Shown here: positions 1 through 9,450 of the stretch, piece by piece
Numbering within the stretch: the first letter of the stretch is position 1
How the letters are laid out: every line of letters starts with the position of its first letter
Assembly: GCF_964204645.1 (NCBI RefSeq)
Contig: NC_134027.1
Coordinates: forward strand, 15,966,485 to 16,030,484
Reading direction: 5' to 3'
Length of the DNA stretch: 64,000 nt
Source of the DNA: Tubulanus polymorphus
Taxonomy: Eukaryota > Animalia > Nemertea
Notes under the pieces: generated by a model
The model's database searches: none
The model's input: only the letters and a program-made list of their open reading frames with translations
Told to the model about the DNA's origin: nothing
Made by a program: the position numbers and the translations under genes

Positions 1-351
1 GTTCTCGGTGTGCGGCTCAAATGGCGTTGCTTCAGGACTTAAAATGCTCGATGATGACGGACTCTTAGTTAATTCGTCTAATCTAAGGAGACATTGAGTG
101 GCTTTCTGAAAGTAAGTATCAAGCCATTCCTCCGCCTTTATGATGTCAGATTCTTCTGCGAGTGACGAAACGTGACGATTATGCGCCGACTGTAAAGAAC
201 TCATACAGCCTGTTATTCGTTCCTTCAACGGCTGAATCTGCGAAGACTGTGCTGTTAAGGAATCCGCCTGATTCAGTGCTCGAGACAACCAACCCGCAAG
301 ACTGGAGGATGTTTTCCTGAGCGAACTCGACTTCGGATCCATTTCCGTCAT
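1..351 (-). CDS. 5' part of an ORF running off the window; possible BEL/Pao retrotransposon Gag N-terminus
   Basis: ATG at 351 opens 117 codons to the window edge (MTEMDPKSSSLRKTSSSLAGWLSR...AEEWLDTY...LSPEATPFEP). The family call is by resemblance only. Confidence 0.4.
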   Translation of the reverse strand, partial: MTEMDPKSSSLRKTSSSLAGWLSRALNQADSLTAQSSQIQPLKERITGCMSSLQSAHNRHVSSLAEESDIIKAEEWLDTYFQKATQCLLRLDELTKSPSSSSILSPEATPFEPHTEN

Positions 352-1633
352 AGCTAGCGATAGCAACACAGCAGATTTGTAGAAATTCAAACTATGTCGT
401 GCCTTGGCTGACAGGCGACTGGCAACGATCTAGACTAACTACGGCGAACGTTTCAAACACATTATTTCTTATGTATTCACGGTTTGCTACAAAGAATAAA
501 CAAACAACAATAATTATGCTCATTTTACATCATGTACCACAAATTATAGCATTTGAAATAATTGATACATGTATAATCATATTTAAAGACCGGCTACTCA
601 CAATTTCATGTTCACTGTGCGACATGTAGAGCTGACACTGAATACACAGATTTCTGATCAAACATTATATAAGCCAAAAGTTACTGAGCCGTTAAGGCAT
701 GATATAAGGCATTCGCCTACACAGAAATGCACAACTCATAAATCTATAATCCATATCAAAACTTGCAGAGTGTAAAAAACACAAAAGAAAGTATCAAATT
801 ACAAATCATAACAAATACAAAAACCATAGCTCCAATAAATAATTTCTTATACGACAAAACCATTTACTAATCTAATTATAAATTAAAGCTAATTTCTAAC
901 AATCCGATATATCGATAATCTCGCTATCGGAATCAGCGATGTCAATAATGGAAGGAGAGGGAGCAGGCCCCCCAGTGCTGGTGGATTGGAGAGGACAGGT
1001 GGAAACAGGGTTTGGAGGAAGTTCAATTGGAGGGTTATTTGGAGAAGGGGTGCCGGATAGTAGAAAAAAGGGTATTAAGGGAGGATAATCAGGGTCGCGG
1101 TCATAGTACGGATTGTATGAGACGTCGTTGGTAGGGTGATAGGGGTGTACTCTGTGGATCTAAGGGGCGTGAGTAATAGGGGTTTAGTTGTTCTAGATCA
1201 AAGGTCGAACGGTCGAGTTCATTAAAAACAAAATATTAAAAGTAATTTAAAACTATAATATATTTTCATAGCCGGGTGTATTTTATATTATAACTAAATA
1301 TTTATTCTAAGACATTAATAATTTAAATTTTAAAAGCATATTGCTCCGCGACCAATTGATTTATTTACAATACACAAATTCATATAATCAAATATATTCA
1401 AATAATAATAATTATTCTATTATTTAACTAAAATACACCAAAAAAAGTAACGAGTAATTAACGAGCTCTTATAGAATAGATATATAGATATATTTTAAAC
1501 ATTATTTCAATATTTATATTTGTATGAGTTAGATTTTTAAACATTAAAAGTGTTAGTAAAGTGTGATTGAAATAATTCATATATAAATCATTGAACTTCT
1601 AAAATCAATAAAAAAAAAAAAATTAGTATTAAA

Positions 1634-1997
1634 ATGGAAGCAAATAAGTACTACTGTCCAACATGTAATATCAATATAGATAAATCCTAAAAATCAAGAC
1701 ACAATAAAACTAAAACACATTTAGAGAATAAATTGAAATTAGAATATGTAGATGATACATTAGAAACTAAATTAGAAGAATTAAAGAATGAAAAAGAAAC
1801 ATACAAATGTTATACATGTAATCAATCATTCAGTGATAAAAGATATCATAAAGAACATTTAAAATCTAAAAGTCATATTGGAAATATGAATAATGATATT
1901 TTAGGTGAGGATTATTTTGATAATGACAATGATAAGAAACATAAGACAATTAGAGATGACCGAAGCATTTAAAAGTGATATTGGTTCAGCAGCTATT
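1634..1997 (+). pseudogene. Outer pPolB N-terminus (two Zn fingers), cut by element A
   Basis: MEANKYYCPTC..KSRH..KTH and CYTC..H..KSH parallel the 2082 ORF. Ends IGSAAI, matching IGPAAI in element A. Has an internal stop and a deletion. Confidence 0.8.
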
Positions 1998-2086
1998 AGT
2001 AATAGGAAATGTGTTGTTTCATACCAGAGGTCGAAGGTCGAGACACCACTCATCACCACAAGTAATTTTTTTCCCTTATAAATGGG
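1998..2086 (+). repeat. Left TIR of element A
   Basis: agtaataggaaatgtgttgtttcataccagaggtcgaaggtcgagac...taaatgg is the near-perfect reverse complement of ~26844-26936. Confidence 0.9.
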
Positions 2087-4293
2087 GGAGAATGAACACC
2101 AGCCAGAAAATAATAATGTTAATAAAAATCAATATTATTGCCAATATTGTAAAAAATACATCGATAAATCCCAAAAATCACGACATGAAAAAACTGCAAA
2201 TCATATAAAAAATGTAATAGATTTTGAAACACTAGATAATACAAATGAAAGAAAAGAACGATTAGATGATATGAATGTGGATGAAATAAAATGTGAAGTT
2301 TGTGATGAATTTATAACAAAAAGGAATTATAATAGACATCTCGAATCACAAAAACACCATCAAAATTTGAGTAATAATGTTTTAGGAAAAGATTATTTTG
2401 ATAATAAACCTCAAAAAGTAAAAAAACCAACTTCAAAAACTAAATCCATTTCAAATAAAGCTTACATGGAAAATGTTAGAAATTATATTGATTCACTAGA
2501 AATAAAAGATACAATTGAAATTTTAGAAACATTACATAGTAAAATTGGTCCTGCAGCTATTATATTTAGATTTTTTGAAGGTACAACAATAGAAGATTAT
2601 AGCAAATTTAATGAAATAATAGAAAAAATACTAGATTTGATAACAGATGTTGAATATCCAAAAATTAGTATCTCTGGGAAAGTAAGTTTTTTAAAGTCAG
2701 AAGAGAAAATGGATTATAATATTCAAACACTCTCTGAAGAAATAATTTCAAAAACGCAAATAAAAGAGAAGTTAGAAAAAATATTTAATGAATTTAAACG
2801 TCATATTGAAGAAAGATATTTTGAGGGTTCTGGTTTATCATTAAATGAAATTATATTTTTAGATTTAAATGTTTATAATACAAAAAACTTCAAAAAGTAA
2901 AACAATGTTTAAAAATGATTCAAACTTTACAACAGAAAAGGATATTAAAGCATCATCTTATATTAAATTACCATTTACAACAAAAGCAGTAATACATGTT
3001 CAAAATGAAGATAATAAATGTTTTCTATGGTCAATTATTAGTTGCTTACATCCAACAGAAGATATTACACATAGTTTTAGAATAACAAATTACCGGAAAT
3101 ATGAAACATTATATAAAATTGATCAATATCCAGTAACTATAAAAATGATTTCTAAAATAGAAAAAGTTAATAATTTAAAAATAAATGTATTCGTATTAAT
3201 GCAATTACCAAAGACAAAAGGTGAAAATATTAAAGATTATACATTGGAAGCTTTATATTTAACAGAATATTATGATGATGAAAATGCTATAGATTTGTTA
3301 TATTACAAAAAAGATGAAAATGAACATTATATGTGGTTAAAACAAATTGATTTATTCTTTAGAACAGAAAGTGATCACCATAATAAAATTTATCTATGTA
3401 GAAAATGTTTATCTAAATTTAGAACCGAGAATGCGTTACTAAAACATAAAGAATTATGTGATAATAAAGATTTTTGTAAATTAATAATGCCAACAGAAAA
3501 AGATTATAAATTGAAATTTACTAATCATAAATTTAAGAATATTGTTCCATTTGTAATTTATGGGGATTTTGAATCGTTGAATAAAGAATTAACTGATCAA
3601 GATAGAAAAGAAATATATAACAAGAAGCAATTATTAAAATCAATGGATAAAGTAAATGAATTAAATGAAGACACAATACAAGACCCACCAATTATAAACA
3701 CAATTAAAAAAGTTCATCAAAGAGCTGCTGCTTATGGAATTTATATAAAATCAAATTATCCTGAATAATATGAAAGTCAATATATCTCTTTTAGAGGTGA
3801 AGATGTAGTTAATAATTTTTGTAACAAAATAATTGAATTAGAAAGTGATTTTGCAGAATTATTAAACAAAAATAAAAGAATAGTTATGACAAAAGAAGAT
3901 GAAATTGATTTTAATTATGCAACCCATTGTTGTTATTGTGAAAAACGTTTTTATTCATTTGATAAAAAAAGTTAGAGATCATGATCATTTAAATTCAAAA
4001 TATCGTGGAGCTGCTCATGAAGATTGTAATTTACAAGCTAAAAAAGTAAATTTCGTTTCAATATTACTTCATAATTTATCCGGCTATGATACCCATCTAT
4101 TTATAAAACAATTATCGGGAAAATTGGGCGCAATTAATCAAGAAATAGAAGAATATAATGCTATGAATGGTGTGAATGTAAGAAAATATGATTTTAACTT
4201 ATTAGCTAAAACATCTGAAATTATATATCATTTCAATTTGGTTGCATTAGATTTTTAGATTCTTATAGATTTCTAGCAAGTTCATTAGATAAT
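2082..4293 (+). pseudogene. polB: Element A pPolB, 5' part (Zn fingers, terminal-protein region, exonuclease, endonuclease VII/HNH insert)
   Basis: Motifs EGSG, NEDNKCFLWS, PFVIYGDFES, RDHDHL..YRGAAH..CNL, HNLSGYD, DSYRFL. Frameshifts and stops present. HNH-type (group 2) pPolB. Confidence 0.92.
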
Positions 4294-4699
4294 AGTAAAA
4301 GGGGTATTAGGCTTTCAAATCAAAGGTTGAACGGTCGAGTGAGTAAAAAATGAAAAATATGAAAATAATAACAATTTCTACTTGAAATACTCGCGAAACT
4401 CATAAAAAATGAAAAATAATTCTCGCACACTCGAATTTTTCATTTTCTACTCGCTAGAAAAGGTGTGAGTAAAGTGTGAGTGAAATAAATTCTCGCACGC
4501 TCGAATTTATTTCACTCACACTTTACTCACACTTTTTTCTAGCGAGTAAAAATGAAAAATAAATTCTCACACGCTCGAATTTATTTTTCATTTTTTATGA
4601 GTTTCACTCCTAATTCAAATAGAAATTGTTATTATTTTCATATTTTTCATAATTTACTCACTCGCCCTTTCAACCTGAAAGCCTATTACCCCTATTACT
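4294..4699. repeat. ~405-bp self-complementary terminal unit (left)
   Basis: Starts agtaaaaggggtattaggctttc, ends gaaagcctattacccctattact. Contains three internal aattct-loop-gaattt hairpins. Confidence 0.9.
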
Positions 4700-4943
4700 C
4701 TTAAGATATTCATATATATGGATAAGATATATATGAATAACATATAAATTGATAGATTATTCAATATAAAAGTGAGTAAAAGTAACAAGTAATTAACAAG
4801 TTCTTATAGAATAGATATATAGATATATTTTAAACATATTTCAATATTTATATTTGTATGAGTTAGATTTTTAAACATAAAAAGTGACGAGTAATTAACG
4901 AGTGAAATAATTCATATTTAAAACAGTGAATATTTATATTTGA

Positions 4944-5591
4944 ATGAGTTTTAATAAAAATTTTGTTATAAAAATGAAGAAAGAAGAAGAACCCAACTTT
5001 AAAATCGAAATCAATGAAACCAATAAATCATTTTCACAGTTTAACATTAAAAATTATATTTCAGCAACAAATTTAGTGTCCGCAAGACATTATAAAATTG
5101 AAAATATTACTGTAATTAATCAAATATTATCAAATGAAACATATTTAATTACTAAACTAATTGATACTTTTGATAATGGTGTTAAAAATCCTAAAGTATT
5201 CAATACAGTTTTAAATTTTAAAGGAACTTTAGATGAAAACATAATAAATATACTTCAAACCCCTTTCAATGAAAGAAATGATGATATAATACTTTCAAAA
5301 GATTACAATGATTTGATTAACTTAAGAATTGAAAAAAGACAATTATATTATTTCAAATTTGATAATAAACAAATTATCTATAATGAAAATTCATCAAATA
5401 TTGGTATTCAATGTGAATTAGATAATGAAAAATCATTTAAAGATATTGCAGTTCAATGTAATTTAGATGATGAATTTAGAAAATTCAATCCTAATGAAAA
5501 AGTGCATTGTTATTGCGGAGGTAAATATTTAAAATCACATAAATCAAAGCATTATGAAACAATTAAACATAAAAACTGGCGTAAAGAGTAA
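4944..5591 (+). CDS. Element C TIR-encoded protein with C-terminal Zn finger
   Basis: Intact 215-aa ORF ending CYCGGKY..HKSKHYETIKH. Duplicated in the right TIR. Confidence 0.75.
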   Translation: MSFNKNFVIKMKKEEEPNFKIEINETNKSFSQFNIKNYISATNLVSARHYKIENITVINQILSNETYLITKLIDTFDNGVKNPKVFNTVLNFKGTLDENIINILQTPFNERNDDIILSKDYNDLINLRIEKRQLYYFKFDNKQIIYNENSSNIGIQCELDNEKSFKDIAVQCNLDDEFRKFNPNEKVHCYCGGKYLKSHKSKHYETIKHKNWRKE

Positions 5592-5644
5592 CAATTCTAC
5601 ATTACAATTATTGAATTGAGTTAAATGGTTTAAATATCTAATAG

Positions 5645-7270
5645 ACTGTTAAAATGATAAATTGTTTAACTGTTTGACAGTTGAAATGATAAATTGTTTG
5701 GCAGTTGAAATGGTAAATTGTTTGACAGTTGAAATGATAAATTGTTTGACAGTTGAAATGATAAATTGTTTGGCAGTTGAAATGATAAATTGTTTGACAG
5801 TTGAAATGATAAATTGTTTGACAGTTGAAATGATAAATTCTTTGATAGTTGAAATGATAAATTGTTTGACAGTTGAAATGATAAATTGTTTGACAGTTGA
5901 AATGATAAATTGTTTGGCAGTTGAAATGATAAATTGTTTGACAGTTGAAATGATAAATTGTTCGACTGTTGAAATGATAAATTGTTTGACAGTTGAAATG
6001 ATAAATTGTTTGACAGTTGAAATGATAAATTGTTTGACAGTTGAAATGATAAATTGTTTGACAGTTGAAATGATAAATTGTTTGACAGTTGAAATGATAA
6101 ATTCTTTGATAGTTGAAATGATAAATTGTTTGACAGTTGAAATGATAAATTGTTTGACAGTTGAAATGATAAATTGTTTGGCAGTTGAAATGATAAATTG
6201 TTTGACAGTTGAAATGATGAATTGTTCTACTGTTGAAATGATAAATTGTTTGACAGTTGAAATGATAAATTGTTTGACAGTTGAAATGATAAATTGTTTG
6301 ACAGTTGAAATGATAAATTGTTTGACAGTTGTAATGATAAATTGTTAGACAGTTGAAATGATAAATTGTTTGACAGTTGAAATGATAAATTGTTTGACAG
6401 TTGAAATGATAAAATTTTTACAGTTGAAATGATAAATTGTTTGACAGTTGAAATGATAAATTGTTTGGCAGTTGAAATGATAAGACACAGTTGAAATGAT
6501 AAATTGTTTGACAGTTGAAATGATAAATTGTTTGACAGTTGAAATGATAAATTCTTTGATAGTTGAAATGATAAATTGTTTGACAGTTGAAATGATAAAT
6601 TGTTTGACAGTTGAAATGATAAATTGTTTGGCAGTTGAAATGATAAATTGTTTGACAGTTGAAATGATAAATTGTTTGACAGTTGAAATGATAAATTCTT
6701 TGATAGTTGAAATGATAAATTGTTTGACAGTTGAAATGTGAATTGTTTGACAGTTGAAATGATAAATTGTTTGGCAGTTGAAATGATAAATTGTTTGACA
6801 GTTGAAATGATAAATTGTTCGACTGTTGAAATGATAAATTGTTTGACAGTTGAAATGATAAATTGTTTGACAGTTGAAATGATAAATTGTTTGACAGTTG
6901 AAATGATAAATTGTTTGACAGTTGAAATGATAAATTGTTAGACAGTTGAAATGATAAATTGTTTGACCGTTGAAATGATAAATTGTTTGACAGTTGAAAT
7001 GATAAATTTTTTACAGTTGAAATGATAAATTGTTTGACAGTTGAAATGATAAATTGTTTGGCAGTTGAAATGATAAGACAGTTGAAATGATAAATTGTTT
7101 GACAGTTGAAATGATAAATTGTTTAACAGTTAAAATGATAAATTGTTTGACAGTTGAAATGATAAATTGTTTGACAGTTGAAATGATAAATTGTTCGATT
7201 GTTGAAATGATAAATTGTTTGACAGTTGAAATGTTAAATTGTTTGACAGTTAAAATGATAAATTGTCTAG
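5645..7270. repeat. 24-bp tandem array (ttgacagttgaaatgataaattgt), about 67 copies
   Basis: Directly visible. Variant units recur at higher order. Confidence 0.97.
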
Positions 7271-7392
7271 CTGTAAATTTAATTGTTATTTGATTTAATC
7301 ATTTAAAAGTTTAATATTTTAAAAATGATTACAAATATTTAATTAAAAACTAGCAAATATTTTATAAACTGTTTAATTTTTCTCTTAAATAA

Positions 7393-7611
7393 ATGGATGG
7401 TTTCATCCCAACTGGGAAAAGTGATTTGAAACATTATTTTGTAGCAGGCGGATTAATATTGGCTGCGCTTTTCTTTTATTATGAAAATATCAGTAAGGAT
7501 TTGATGAATGAAAATAATAAATTGAGTAAAAAATTAAAGAAGTTAAATGGAAACAATCACAGAAATAAAAAGAATAAAAAAGTTAATTTAGAAAATGATT
7601 TAGAGGATTAA
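7393..7611 (+). CDS. Element C small membrane protein
   Basis: TAAATG start, hydrophobic YFVAGGLILAALFFYY segment, basic tail. Confidence 0.55.
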   Translation: MDGFIPTGKSDLKHYFVAGGLILAALFFYYENISKDLMNENNKLSKKLKKLNGNNHRNKKNKKVNLENDLED

Positions 7612-7649
7612 AACAGCATCTTTTAATTTCATATATTTTGACTATAAAA

Positions 7650-7952
7650 ATGAGTGAAAATATATTAAACTTATTACATCTAATATATAAAAATCAACAG
7701 AATATTAAATCAATTATTATGCTTACAGGTTTATTTTCTTTTTCAATTTATAGTATAAAACAGTTGTTAGAATTCTATGATAGTTGTAAAATTAGATATA
7801 CAGAATTGAAAGAAAATATAAATTATCTATCAGATCGAATAAATAATATTAAATGCTGTGAAATATGTAATAAAAGATATAAAAATTTAAAGAGTTTAAA
7901 ATCTCATAAATATATTCATGAATTAGATGATAAACTGTATAATTCAAATTGA
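7650..7952 (+). CDS. Element C protein with hydrophobic segment and C2H2 Zn finger
   Basis: CEICNKRYKNLKSLKSHKYIH; ATG at 7650. Confidence 0.6.
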   Translation: MSENILNLLHLIYKNQQNIKSIIMLTGLFSFSIYSIKQLLEFYDSCKIRYTELKENINYLSDRINNIKCCEICNKRYKNLKSLKSHKYIHELDDKLYNSN

Positions 7953-8199
7953 GAATAAGACTGTTAAATTGGTTGAAAATATAAAAATAGATAATATTAT
8001 AACTATTTCTATATTTAGATTAATAATTTATATTTATAATTATTATAAAACTAATTTATATATGTATGTACTAGACGTACGAGTAAGAAAGTAAGATTCT
8101 TACCAAGAAAGTAAGAAAGTAAGAATCTTGCCAAGAAAGTAAGATTCTTGGATTCTCTTTACGCCAGTTTTAATGTTATTATGTTTCATAATGCTTTGA

Positions 8200-8796
8200 T
8201 TAATGTGATTTTAAATATTTACCTCCGCAATAACAATGCACTTTTTCATTAGGATTGAATTTTCTAAATTCATCATCTAAATTACATTGAACTGCAATAT
8301 CTTTAAATGACTTTTCATTATCTAATTCACATTGAATACCAATATTTGATGAATTTTCATTATAGATAATTTGTTTATTATCAAAATTGAAATAATATAA
8401 TTGTCTTTTTTCAATTCTTAAGTTAATCAAATCATTGTAATCTTTTGAAAGTATTATATCATCATTTCTTTCATTGAAAGGGGTTTGAAGTATATTTATT
8501 ATGTTTTCATCTAAAGTTCCTTTAAAATTTAAAACTGTATTGAATACTTTAGGATTTTTAACACCATTATCAAAAGTATCAATTAGTTTAGTAATTAAAT
8601 ATGTTTCATTTGATAATATTTGATTAATTACAGTAATATTTTCAATTTTATAATGTCTTGCGGACACTAAATTTGTTGCTGAAATATAATTTTTAATGTT
8701 AAACTGTGAAAATGATTTATTGGTTTCATTGATTTCGATTTTAAAGTTGGGTTCTTCTTTCTTCATTTTTATAACAAAATTTTTATTAAAACTCAT
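8200..8796 (-). pseudogene. Right-TIR copy of the 4944 ORF, premature stop in the Zn finger
   Basis: Near-identical protein; stop after LKSH. Confidence 0.8.
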
Positions 8797-9040
8797 TCAA
8801 ATATAAATATTCACTGTTTTAAATATGAATTATTTCACTCGTTAATTACTCGTTACTTTTTATGTTTAAAAATCTAACTCATACAAATATAAATATTGAA
8901 ATATGTTTAAAATATATCTATATATCTATTCTATAAGAGCTTGTTAATTACTTGTTACTTTTACTCACTTTTATATTGAATAATCTATCAATTTATAAGT
9001 TATTCATATATATTTTATCCATATATATGAACATTTTAAG

Positions 9041-9444
9041 AGTAATAGGGGTAATAGGCTTTCAGGTTAGAGGTTGAAAGGGCGAGTGAGTAAATTATGA
9101 AAAATATGAAAATAATAACAATTTCTATTTGAATTAGGAGTGAAACTCATAAGAATGAAAAATAAATTCGAGCGTGTGAGAATTTATTTTCATTTTTACT
9201 CGCTAGAAAAAAGTGTGAGTAAAGTGTGAGTGAAATAAATTCGAGCGTGTGAGAATTTATTTCACTCACACTTTTTCTAGCGAGTAGAAAATGAAAAATA
9301 AATTCGAGTGTGCGAGAATTATTTTTCATTTTTTATGAGTTTCGCGAGTAATTCAAGTAGAAATTGTTATTATTTTCATATTTTTCATTTTTTACTCACT
9401 CCACCGTTCGACCTTTGATTTGAAAGCCTATTACCCCTATTACT
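9041..9444. repeat. ~404-bp self-complementary terminal unit (right)
   Basis: agtaataggggtaataggctttc...gaaagcctattacccctattact; inverted copy of 4294-4699. Confidence 0.9.
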
Positions 9445-9450
9445 GATAAT

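Larger units (their letters stand above)
4294..9444. mobile_element. Non-autonomous Polinton-ended element (element C) inserted in pPolB
   Basis: AGT...ACT ends and TSD GATAAT (4288-4293 and 9445-9450). Removal restores SYRFLASSLDN|LAKSLVD (outer copy SYRFLNSSLDNLSKSLVD). TIR arms are 4294-5588 and 8155-9444. Confidence 0.93.

Noticed and set aside
2860-2900. Programmed frameshifts in pPolB or the intein
   Set aside because: The homologous region is continuous in the 23569-24795 copy, and stops and indels are scattered throughout, so decay is the simpler explanation.
5662-7293. (MINCLTVE)n ORFs, or a CRISPR-like array
   Set aside because: Translation of a 24-bp tandem repeat broken by indels; there are no unique spacers and no cas genes.
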